The notes under the pieces are model-generated. The model ran no database searches. It was not told the DNA's origin and saw only the letters and a program-made list of their open reading frames with translations. A program made the position numbers and the translations under genes. 64,000 nt of DNA from the NCBI GenBank assembly GCA_973895155.1, contig OZ316895.1, forward strand, positions 16,222,070 through 16,286,069, given 5' to 3'. Origin of the DNA: Marsupella aquatica. Lineage: Eukaryota; Plantae; Marchantiophyta. Positions 38,327-50,560 of the stretch are shown here, piece by piece. Numbering within the stretch: position 1 is the stretch's first letter; every line of letters begins with the position of its first letter.

Positions 38327-41097
38327 ATTGGAAAGGCAAAGAAATTCAAAAACTCATTTGGAACTTGACAAAATTTGTCAATCTGAGGCTCATTGGAAAC
38401 ACTTTCTTGATTAAGAGATGTCACAATCTCGTCACCGTCACAAACTTAGCCATTGCAAATTGATTTTTTGATTACATCGCCATCGCTTTTCTGCAACCCT
38501 TGCTTCTTGGCTTGAGTTGTTCACGTCCCTCCAATCTTCAACTGAAGCTCACTCTGAACACAGGTTGACACCAAATGCAGCCTCTATGTTGAAGAAACAA
38601 TCGCTGGTCTCCCCCTCACACCATAGCTTTCTTAAATAAAAAACTACAAAACCTTCATGTGAAGTGATGGCTCGTCCATTTTGTGCGTTCTTTCCACCAA
38701 AACGACAAGCACTCTTTTGCCAACAATTGAGTGTTGTCCTTCAATTTGTCTTGTGGCAATAATGCTCAATGTAACTCACAAATGATCAATCAAGATTGGT
38801 AGAAACACGATTTCTCCAATATGTAAGCAAAAACCATAAAACAACTCAATTCCTCCATATTCAACCTTCTGTTTGATAAACCAGAGAGATCATCTCAACT
38901 AGATTGTGTCATGCCGAGGGACAGTGCCTCTTATGCACATCGGCATGTCCCTCACATGCCCGCTAGGTATGTAGTTAGGGCTATTGTACTACTTGAGTTA
39001 GCGACATGTTCTTATAGCAAATGCCAGGCATTCTTGAAGCAAACACACGCTTGTTAGTGTGACGCCATGACTTTGTTTACTTAGGGCATGTCTTTCTTTG
39101 TGGGTTTTCAGTTCTTCTTGAATCGCTGTTGACAGAGCTCAGACAGTGCTCGTCGGTTTCGTACACGGGATTCACACAATGATTCCTTAGATGCTCCCGG
39201 CCGATCTTGGCATCCTGCCGGTTTTCGATTTGATTTCAGTACGATTGTTTCTCTTACACCTTTTATTCAAGAAGAACTGCTGAGATAGCGGTGAGGGGAG
39301 GAAGAAGACAATTTATGGTGAAGCCATTGCAATTTCTTCGACGGACATCGGAGGGATGAGTTGAAATTATGGGTTCAATATGGTGTTATGTGTATACTTA
39401 ACATAAGTATACACATAACGCTCCCGTTGGAGCCCGACTTTTGCTTTCCAGTTGCATCTGGGGACCCTTTGCTGCTTTCGACTATGGCTGTCGGTTGCTG
39501 ACTGCCACAACCTTTTTCGGGCCATATTCGGTGTTTTCCGGTCATAGCGCGACCACCTTCCCTTTGCCTTACGTTTTCACGACCCTTTGGGGTCCCGTTC
39601 TTTCTTTTCCCTCACCGGCCCACCTCCCCTCGCAGCTACCGTCGCGAGGTGCCTCCCAGTCCTGCCTGTGTATACACATGCGGGGCTCATCATTGCCCCT
39701 GGGTCGCGCATAGAGCCGCGCGCCCTCCCTTCGGCGTTTTTCTTCCTCCTGCGCCCGTTGCCAGCATCTCGGCCAACATTTAATTAAGCGCGAGGAGGGG
39801 GAGCCGACCAGGAGCACAAGCGCAAGGAGAGGGCACGAGGCCCTATGAAGATTTAAAGAGGGAGGGGGAGTTAACGTCAACCCCCTTCGGGAGTCCTTCT
39901 GCAGGGCACGGAGCCCACTGTCAGCATTGAAGAGGGGGGGAGTAAACGTAGACTCCTTTCGGGAGTCCTCTTGCAGGGCACAAAGCCCTTCAGTAGCATT
40001 AAAGCCAGGAGGAGGGGAGCAGGAGCGCAAGGAGTGGGCACGAGGCACTATGCTGCAATAAAAGGAGGCCAGGAGGGGGAGCGAGAGTGCCAGGAGAGGG
40101 CACAAGGCCCAAGCTGCATTAAAGGAGGGGAGGGGAGTTCAATTCAAACTCCCTCACACGGGAGTACTTAGGCCTGCCAGGGCACGAAGCCCCAAGGAGG
40201 CTTCGGGAGCTCATAAGGAGGGGGAGGGGGGTGCGAAGCCCTATGCAGGGCTCATTTCTTTTTCTTCGCCTCACTCTTCCCGTTTTCTTTTCGCTTTTTT
40301 TGGCTTGTCTCGCTTTTTTGCCGCGCGACGATCGACCTGTTTCCATCTCTCAGGTCCACATCGGGCTGATGTGTATACACTTTAGGGGGGCCCTTTCACA
40401 TTTTGTAGGGCCCATTTCTTTCCGTTTGCTCTTACCTTGCCATCGACGACCTCCATAGAGCACCGTGCCCGGATACTGTGTCCCACTTGGCCCGGTTTCC
40501 TTTCCCCGCTGACGCACGCCTCTTTGGTTTCCCTTTTCCTGCCAGTTTTTGGGTCCACATAGGGGCCCGATGTATACACTTAAGGGGGGGGCACTTCTAT
40601 TTTCTTTTCCCAGATTTCTTTATTGCCGCCAACATTAGGCCTTTTCGGAGTTTTTAAGGGGCTTTTCTTTGCTGACGGTTTTTCTCTGTGACGGTTTTTC
40701 TGTGTGTTTACACATTCGACACATTGCTGCCTTGCACCGGTTGCCTCCTTTGTGGGTTTCATTTCCTAGCCTTGGGGTTGCCACTCCTTTTTCTTGTCAA
40801 TTTCTTTCCCATTGGCACCCCGGGTGAGCATGCAGCATGTCAGCCGACAAGCCAAGATGTAGCAGCTCATCACCACCGACACCCAAGTACCATTTACGGA
40901 GTGATCCACGACCATTGGTGCCAATTTTATTGGAGTCTCGGCAATTTCAATGACATCCACAGACAGCAGCAGCACCCACACCACGCAATCCTGCTCAATT
41001 TGGCGGTCGCTTCACCACTACTCCAAAGCCTGCTATCACTTCATTGCCATTTACCCCTTCTGCATCTGTGATTATTCCTGCTTCACCAACATATAGC

Positions 41098-44000
41098 ATG
41101 GACGCCAGCCACTCATCTGGCCGCATTGAACGCTTCAGTGGGCGGCCAGGCACTGTTTCTTTACGTGAGTTCAAATCCACTTTCTACACTGTCATTTACG
41201 AATTGGAGTTGAAGTACGACAGCAATTTCACAAATGCTTTTGCATTTAAGCAGCTAGCTAGGTATGTGCACCATGAGGCTTTGGATGTGTATGAGCAGCA
41301 CTCTCAATGGCTGCTTGGTGTCACACAGTTGCCTAACCCTACCTATGCCAGTGCAATTGCGGCAGCTTCACAATTGGCCTTACAGAATGCCATTGCAGCC
41401 CATGCTGCTGCTCCTACCACTTCCCCTCCTACTCCAATTCCTACCATTGCGCCAGTTACTCCCACTGTCTTGGCACAGGCTACATCAGGCATTTCTCCCA
41501 CCATTGATTCTCCTGCTTTTGCTGATCCAGTGGCTGAGTTTTTCCAGGTTCTTGAATTGGAATTCCCAATCAAGAGTGTTGACAAAATCATGCAATTGGC
41601 CACCTTTGTGAGGCAGCGCGATGAAACCTTGAAGATGATGTATCACCGGCTTCTCAAGCTGAAGGAGGATACCCAAAGCATCACTGACCTGGAAACTGCT
41701 CATCGCTATCTTCGCGCATTGGAGGGCACACCAGCTCTCCATTCGCAAGTGTTGCAGCAAGTATTCTCAGAGTTTGGAGACAGCTACATCCTGCTCAATG
41801 TCTATGACACTGCTGAGAAACTTGAGTTGGCCCATGCACATTATGAGGTCAGTATTGCACGTCCACCGCGATCCAGGTACCAGGCTGCTGCCCCTACACT
41901 GGCCACCCCTTCCCGTGTGCCACAGTATGGTTCCAAGACCAAGCCAGCCCATGCTGCTTTCATGCTGCCATCTTGCAACTACTGTGGTAACCCAATCACA
42001 AGGCTAATGAATGTGATATTGTTGCTGAGGACCTGTCTTGTGATTTTTGTGGGAAAGTGGGTCACTTGGAGGCAGTTTGTTTTGCCAAATTCCCCGAGAG
42101 GAAGCAGCTACGACAACAGGCCCCTCATCCTACTCCTGCTTCCACTCCCCCACCAGCTAGGAGGGCTCCAATTGCCTCAGTTGCTCCTCCTTTCAGTGGC
42201 AAAGCACCTGGTGCCAACAAATTGCCCAAGCATCAACAGAAGCAACCAGCTCAGAAGGAGGCTCACAACGCACAGGCAACTCAACTCCAATCTCTGACTC
42301 ATGAGGTTGAGTCCCTACGTGCCCAACTTGCCAACATCAAAGGCAAGTCAATTGCCTCTACTGGTCCTTCTCAACTGGTTGGTCACGTGCAACCCATCCC
42401 TGGCCCAGGCACCACTGACAGTTCAACACCTCTACCCCGCTCTTTCTATGGCTTGCCATTTGATGCTCATATGGGTGAGTGTGTGCTGTCCTCTGCTACA
42501 CAGCCTGGTCTTACAGTAGAATTTTCAGATTCATTCTGCCCATCCTATTTTGCTTACCAACAAGCCAGTGCTGCCTCTCGTATTGCTCCCACACACCGCA
42601 TTGTACAGGCTGATGGTCTTGCTGCCGGTCCTATGACTAGAGCCAGGGGAGCTCAGGCTGTCTTGCCCCAATCTTTTCAGCCACTCACACTTGCTGAAGA
42701 GCGCACCTTGTTGGCGAGGGGGGAGGGAGCTGTAGCTACATCCATTCCACCACCAGGTGCTGCTGACATTTCACAGGGAGTTGTTTCTCTTGAGCTGCTT
42801 GAGCATTTCACCTCCGGTATGGCACAAAGGATTCTTACAACTCCACTTTTCAGTTGCCATGATTTACAACTGGATGCTAGAGCTGTCATGAGAGTGCTAG
42901 AGGGCTCACTGCATTCTTCATCAGCCCCTGTGCCACCGGTTTTGGAGGTCCAATCTCATGTACATACTGGACCTTCTTCTTCTCCATTACATGCTTCCAC
43001 TAGTTTGGCTATCCCAATACCAATTTCCAGTGGTAGAGATGACAGTATTGCTACAGATTGTGTGACCAGAGCTACACTTGATTCTGGTCATGCTGCTCCA
43101 TCTTTCCTGGCTATGCTGTTGAGTGGGAAGACCGTGGACACTAACTCCCTTCACAAGGTACCTCATCATTTGCCAAAAGTGGTGCCTAGTGACAGGACTT
43201 TAGTTTCCACCACCATTGCCATTGTTGACAACAGGAATTCAGCGGTCAAGTTGGAGGGTCACACTCCTCAGGTGGTCATGCTAGACACAGACGCTCAACT
43301 AGTGATAAATTGGGCATTCAGTTTGCCAAGAAGATGGGACTGTTGACTGATCATTTACAGCAATCCAGGTGGCACATTCGGACTGCTAGTGGCATTGTGG
43401 AGGATGTGTTGGGTGAGAGTTCTACTTTACTCACTCTCACTTTCAATGGAGGTACAGATCAGGAATTGCATTTCGCAGTCAGATGTTTGGTTACCAATGC
43501 CACTACGTATGATGTGCTCAATGGCCAGGAGGCTTTGTTCCCACCAGGTTTTACCATTGACAATTGGCATGAGCACGCATACTACAGAGTTGATTGGCAT
43601 ACGGATGGCTCACACTTGGGCTACATTCCACTTGATTTGCATGGTGCCCATACACCTATGGCTCACCATTGTGTGTTGAAAGCAGTGCATATAACGACCT
43701 ATGTCAACCACCCATTGCAGGATTGGATTGAGGAGGATGATGATGAGGTGGCTGCTGCACATGCTGCTGCACGTATAGCAGCACTTTCCATCAGCGTGGA
43801 TCATCAACCAGAGGTGGTACTACGGCTCCAAGCAGCCCATGGACCTTTGGGGGCTGCATTGCGCAAATTTGAGGACTTGGGTAGCACAATGGACAACCGA
43901 TAGCCCCAATCTTGAGCGCACCAGTTACATGGACTCCTCCTTCAGATGGCCTTACATTGCTTGAGCTTTTTGGTGGCATTTCTACAGGCCTGGAAGCTCT

Positions 44001-47000
44001 CCTACAGTCTAGTATGGTGGTGAAGCAGTACATTTACGTGGACATTGATCTAGGCGCAAGGCACGTGGCTGAATCCCATTTGCTAGAATTTTCAGAGCAA
44101 TTTCCCCCACTCAGCAGTTTCCACACAGTGCATGGAAGTCTGCAATTTCTTTCTTCCCTCCAGATATCCAGCTTGTCCAGCACCGGCACTTAACCCTTCT
44201 TGGCTCCCTTGATTTGATCATAGCTGGTTGGGAATGCCAAGGGTTTTCAACTGCTGGTCACGGTGCTGGATTGCATGATTCTAGTTCTGGCCTTTTCGTG
44301 TGGCATTGGTTCAGATTCTCACCTGGGCTCAATCCCTTTATCCTGCTGTTAGTTATATCATTGAGAATACTCCATCTCAGTTTGACCAGCGTTCACAGGT
44401 CAAAGAGGATTTCAGTGTGGTCCAGCATTACTTGGGACCACCCCTTCTCATTGATGCAGTGCACTGTGGTTCTTATGCACATCGTCTTCGTAACTTTTGG
44501 ACTAACCTTGCACCACCTTCCTTGCTAGAGTTAGCTCTTCACCACACATCCAGGGACACTAACCTCACAGTGGACCAGATTTTGGATCCTGACAGTTCTT
44601 GCCAACCAGTTACACGGCAAGAGCCAGCACCTTGGTATCCAGCCAATACCATTGGACAGCCCCATGCTGCTTGGCCTACATTTGTGTCCTTTCCAGGTGC
44701 ACATGCTTTTTAGGGTGATGGTCCTGGCCTGATTTATCGACATTCTACCGGTACATGGGATGAACCTAGTCCTGAGGAGAGAGAACGGGCTATGGGCTTC
44801 CAACCCGGTACTATAGGCCACACCAAAATCACCAAGCTGGCCAGGAATGCTTTACTTGGTAGGGTAATGGATCTTAATGCTCTCACTTGGCTTCTGGTCA
44901 CTTGCATCCTTTTTCAGATGTACATTCATCCAGCATCAGGAGTTCCAGCCCTACCACTCCATGGTGCTGCTACATGGCATCCAGACCAAGTGCACTTACC
45001 TCTATTCAACACTCATCGCTTCAGTCCAAGTGTTGGGGGGAAGGAGGTCCCTTGTAATGTGGCTGATATTATTTCTGAGTTTCATGGTGTGGATGAGACC
45101 AGCGTAACAAATACAACAGGCCTTGGAGAGGCCTCGTCACCTTATCAGCAACATGCTAGCAGCTTGGATAGTGGAGAGGCTGGCACTTCTGGCTCTTCAA
45201 GCACGAGTACATTAGGTCCTATTCCTAGTGTTGCCAACTACACATTCATCATGGGCAACCACCTGAGTAAAAGACAGAAGGACCAGCTGCTAAATTTGCT
45301 CCTCAAGCATGAGAACGTGTTTGCTTTCTCTATGAAGGACTTGGGTAAGTGCAAGACCATGCAGTTCTCCATTGAGTTGGCTGATGAAACACCTATCTTC
45401 AGGCGAAGACTTTGTTTGAGTAAGCATGAGTGGCAACTGGTGGATGAGAGGTGCCAAGAGTTATATGAAGCTGGTTTTATTCAGCCATCTACATCAGATT
45501 TTGCAGCAGCTACAATGATGCCAGCAAAGAAGGATTCCAGTGGATTGTGGACAGAGAAGCGCATGTGTGGGAACTACAGGGCACTGAACCTGGTCACACC
45601 CCAGGACAGGTACCCCATGCCACGGCCAGAGGAGCTATTTGACAGCATTGGAGACTCAGACATCTTCACTCTTGTGGATCTAAGGCAAGGCTTTAACCAG
45701 ATTTTGCTGCTTGCAAAGGACCGCAAGAAAACAACTTTCCATGGTACTAACCAACTATGGGAGTGGTTGGTGATGCCATTTGGCTTGAAGAATGCGCCCA
45801 TATTCTTTCAAAGAGTCATGGACCAGGTTCTTCAAGGTGCTGAGTTTCTGAAATGCTACATTGATGATGTGTTGGTCCACAACAAAGGATTTGACCAACA
45901 TCTACTTGACCTTGAGGAGCTATTCATGAGGCTTAAGAAGGTGAACCTAAAGATACACCCCAAGAAGTGTGAATTTTCTGTCAGATCAGTAGTATACCTT
46001 GGGCACCGCATTCTTCCAAATGGAACCATGGTTCACTGGGCCAAGGTGGCATCCATCTTGGAAATGCCCACTCCTACCGATGTCCACACTTTGAGGAGTT
46101 TTATTGGGTTGTGCAATTACTATCGGATCTACATCAAAGATTTTAGCACCATTGCACACCCATTGTATGCTTTGTTGAAAAAGAATGTGACTTGGACATG
46201 GAGTACAGATGCTGAGGTAGCATTTGCCACTTTGAAGGAGAAGCTCTCAGAATACCCGGTGCTGAGAAGACCTGATTTCAGCAAGGTCTTTGTGCTACAC
46301 ACAGATTGGAGTGCCCTTGGGATTGGTGCCATTCTGGGCCAGCATGATGAGGAAGGTAAAGAGTACGTCATTGCCTATGCATCCAGGAGCAACAATCAGG
46401 CAGAGAGTCATTATTCTTCTTATGAGGGTGAATGCCTTGCTGTTGTGTGGGCTGTCATACATTACAGGCCCTACCTCTATGGGACCGAGTTTGTTCTCTA
46501 CACCGACCACCAGCCCTTGCAGTGGTTGATGACCAATGACAAGCTTACTGGCAAGCTTGCTCGTTGGGTGCTCATACTCCAAGAGTATGATTTTGAGGTA
46601 ATTCATAGGCCTGGTGTGACACATCAAAATGCTGACACTATGTCCCGTAGCCCTTTGATTGCCTCTGATGATTCCTCAGATGCATGGCAGGATTTTGACC
46701 AGGTTTCCATCCTGCCTACATTTCATGCATCTACCTATCTTGCTTTGCTGCCATGCTACGTTGTTGACCAACCTGTGGTGGACATATGGGAGGACAACGA
46801 CACTCTGAGATTTTTGCAGCATGGGGGGTACCCCATACATGTTATTGCAACCTAGAGAGACCGAATTCAGCAAAGGTCCAAGCGTTACTTGTGGAAGGGA
46901 AATCATCTTGTGCGCTGCTTGCCAGACAGGGAAGTGGTGGTTCCACCCATTCATGAGAGGGTTGGCCTTATCCATAAGGTACATTCTGAGCTTGGTCATT

Positions 47001-48230
47001 TTGGTGTTAAGAGGACTTACAGCCTTTTGGTCCCTCATTATCATTGGAGAAGCATGCATGGCCAGGTTCGAGATGTTATTGCCCGGTGTGAACAGTGTGA
47101 TAGGGTGAGGACTTCTTTCACATCTCGGCAACCCACACTTCATCCACTCCCTATTCAGGGCATGTTTTTATCGCTGGTCATGTGATTTGGCTAGAGAATT
47201 ACCCCTCACGTCTCGGGGTAATCTCTACATCATGATCATGATAGAGCATTTCTCCAAGTGGATAGAACTTGTGGCATTGCCGGATAAGACCTCCCGTAGC
47301 ACCAGCCAGGCATTCTTGCAACAAGTTCTCAGCCGCTTTGGAGCTTGTGCAGAATGTCTCACTGACCAGGGCTCAAAGTTTAGAGGAGAGTTCCAGGAGC
47401 TGCTTGATCAGGCCCTCATTGATCATCGTTGGACATCACGAGATCACCCACAGGCCGATGGCTTGGCAGAGCGCATGGTTCAGACATGCAAGAAGGGCCT
47501 CCGGAAGATTTGCCTCACCAAAAACAAGGAGGATTGGGACCTGGCCTTACCCTACATTGCCATGGGGTATAGGATGTCCAGACATGTATCACTGTCTAAC
47601 TTTTCTCCCTACTTCTTGTTGTTTGGTCGTCACCCAATTCCACCTTCTGCTATTGCTGCTCACATGCTTCAGGTGGTAGACTTGGATTCAGCTGTGACTT
47701 GGTCTGATGTGATCTCTAAGAGGGCTGCCCTATTCAGGAGGGTTATGCCCATGGCCATGGAGAATTTGGCCATCGCACAGCACAGGGACACACTACGTTA
47801 TGCACTTACACGAGGGGGCACTTTTCAGCCCAAGGTCAGGAATTTTGAAGTGAGAGATTTTGTGTACTTGCAGCGGCAAGCTAACGACACCCTGGACACC
47901 TCTACCAGTCGTACTATTCTCAGGGTTAAAGCTATTCGACCGTCTAGAGTGCTAGAGTTACAAGGGGTAGATGGGCGCACAATTGCTGACAATGCCAAGA
48001 ATTGCGCCCCTTGTCATCTGCCTAACCTGGATCCCACCATTGTGACTTCTACTTGGATTCCACCTGTGGACTACCCTTGCAAAGTGTGTTTGCAAATTGA
48101 TGATGCTGACCAAATGCTGTTGTGTGACAATTGCAATGGAGGGTACCATCTTTTCTGCCTTCGGCCTGAACTTACCCAGGTGCCAGAAGGGTTATGGTTT
48201 TGCCCTTCCTGTGCTCCACGTGCTACCTGA
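41098..48230 (+). pseudogene. Disrupted Gag-PR-DNMT-RT-RH-IN-PHD polyprotein, copy 2
   Basis: Same domains as 5233-12356 (LDTDA protease, LLELFGGIS…AGWECQGFS…IENT MTase at ~43950-44890, YIDD, TDWS, TDQG/AER, PHD), with mostly different frameshifts and stops. Confidence 0.92.
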
Positions 48231-48269
48231 ATTTTCTTCAGCCCTCCTTTTGGCTGTGGTCTGGGGGGG

Positions 48270-48981
48270 ATACAGAGGTTTACACCTTCACTACGTACAT
48301 ACCACTTCATTTGATTTTTCTTGGCACTTGTGAATGTGATTGGACTTTTTCTATGCATGTTGGTTGCTAGCAGCTTGCACATATGCCTTGCCGGCGACTT
48401 GTATGTTTTTGATACACTATGGCTATGATACTATATGTCACGACAGCTGTCATGCCGAGGGACAGTGCCTCTTATGCACATCGGCATGTCCCTCGCATGC
48501 CCGCTAGGTATGTAGTTAGGGCTAGTGTACTACTTGAGTTAGCGACATGTTCTTATAGCAAATGCCAGGCGTTCTTGAAGCAAACACGCTTGTTAGTGTG
48601 ACGCCAGGACTTTGTTTACTTAGGGCATGTCTTTCTTTGTGGGTTTTCAATTCTTCTTGAATCGCTGTTGACAGAGCTCAGACAATGCTCGTCGGTTCCG
48701 TACACGGGATTCACACAGTGATTCGTTAGATGCTCCCGACCGATCTTGGCATCCCGCCGGTTTTTGATTCGGTTTCAGTACAATTGTTTCTCTTACGCCT
48801 TTTATATATAGAGGTTTACACCTCCACTACGTACATACAACTTCATTTGCTTTTTCTTGGCACTTGTGAATGTGATTGGATTTTTTCTATGCATGTTGGT
48901 TGCTAGCAGCTTGCACATATGCCTTGCCGGCGACTTGTATGTTTTTGATACACTATGGCTACGATACTATATGTCACGACA
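48270..48981 (+). repeat. B1-gc-A2-B2 split-direct-repeat block
   Basis: B1 and B2 are each 176 bp and A2 is 358 bp. The junctions read CACGACA-GC-TGTCATG and CCTTTTAT-ATATAGAGG. Confidence 0.92.
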
Positions 48982-49479
48982 ATTGATCTTTTCTATCTTT
49001 CGAGCGTTTTTTTTTACAAGCACACACCAAGACCACCGGGAGACTCAAAACCATCGGTTATTGCCTTGTTGAAAATTGATTTCACTTCATCGCACACACA
49101 TTCCTTGGATGAACATGGGGGTCCACGGATTAATTCATTAGGTTAGTTGGAGTTTATGAATTAATGAATGGATTGAAGGAATGGCAAGCAGAGAATGGAG
49201 CAGCTTTCCCACAAGAAGACAGTCATAGCAAAGATTTGGCTAGTGAGGTTTGCGGACTATATCATTGGCAGTCTGAGGTCCAATTTCACTTTGGGTCAAC
49301 CAAATGAGTATTATTCTTGTTGTGATTGGTTAGATGAAAAGGTTGATTCAAGAGACACGATTGTTCATCTATGAATATAATCTCCATGTGATATAGATAT
49401 ACTTAGGGTTTGGTTAGAGAGGACCTATACATCACAAAGGGCTATTGAGGTTTTAACGCAACGCGTCAAAAATCTAGAG

Positions 49480-50560
49480 AATGTTTTTGTAGACAAGCTA
49501 TCATTCCTTTCATAATGTCACATCAAACACATAGCAGAGCAAATGACAATTGCTCTGGGTGAAAGAGCAAAAAATATAAACCATTCAGCGGCATGAACAT
49601 GATCTTTTTTGGTGACTATGAACAATTATCAAAACCAAGAGACTATCCAATGTACTACGGAGCTCATGCAGAAGAATCACTAAACGCTGAAGATTTGAAA
49701 ATGTGGTTTGCAAGTGAGGTACAAATACACATGAACAAGACGTCATACGACCCAAGCGACCCATATCTTGGAAAAAACTTGTGGATGTCCATAAATGTGA
49801 TTAGAACTTAATTGTGCAAAAAAGACAAGATAACACAGGAGCAGGAAACTATTGGCAAGATGCAAAACACTCCAAAATGAAACATTTGATTGAATTTTTT
49901 TTACTCCATTCAAGAAAAAGCCATTGGGATGAAATCAGGTCCAGATATGAATTCATCAACATGGTCCAACCCTCTATATATTGTAATGCGCCACGCTCTC
50001 AGGGTTTTGATAGATTTCAATGAACCAATATATCAAGCGAACCTTAATGGCAAAAGAATTATTTGTTGGAAAACACAAGACACAGTTTTCAACAAACCAC
50101 TTCATTCTCCTTTACAACTTGTTGCCGACAATATTTTAATTGACAAAATACCAATATTACTACCATGGCATGGCTATTGCTTTCCTTGACAATAAATATT
50201 TTGATGTAGGAAACGCGACAAACAATCTAGAATATGCTTTTTCTATGCCTCTCAATTCTAACAAACCACTAGATGACATAACAAAACCATATCGAACTCT
50301 AGCATATCTCCCAGAACATGTATTCATTTATGTTCCAAATTCCAGAATGCTTGCTCTCATACCTACCACAAAAAGTTATTCCCATGAAACCAGAAAGACA
50401 CTCCAAAAAAATCCGTCTTGGAGATGACATATACAATTTGCAAAACGGAATGAGTTTTCCAAGCATTTTAATAACTAGAATGGCAATGCGTTGGCTTAGA
50501 TTCATGCATTAACACAAATTTTCAGCCAAGGAATGAGCCTTGTTGGACTGAAATGTATTA
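49480..50560 (+). pseudogene. Decayed PIF1-family (SF1B) helicase fragment
   Basis: Motifs in the right order across frames: VFVDKLSFL (Walker B-like), KPFSGMNMIFFGDYEQL (PFGG…GDFxQL), VQKRQ and SQGMSL. No Walker A seen; many stops. Confidence 0.6.

Larger units (their letters stand above)
38907..48981 (+). mobile_element. DNMT/PHD-encoding Gypsy-like retroelement with split direct repeats, copy 2 (A1-internal-B1-gc-A2-B2)
   Basis: ATTG TSD (38903-38906, 48982-48985). A1 38907-39266, B1 48270-48445, GC spacer 48446-48447, A2 48448-48805, B2 48806-48981. Confidence 0.94.

Noticed and set aside
38907-48981. Classification as a DIRS/Ngaro tyrosine-recombinase element because of split repeats plus a methyltransferase
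   Set aside because: It has a protease, a DDE integrase and a 4-bp TSD, no tyrosine-recombinase ORF, and the MTase is C5-cytosine type rather than the Dam-like domain of DIRS.
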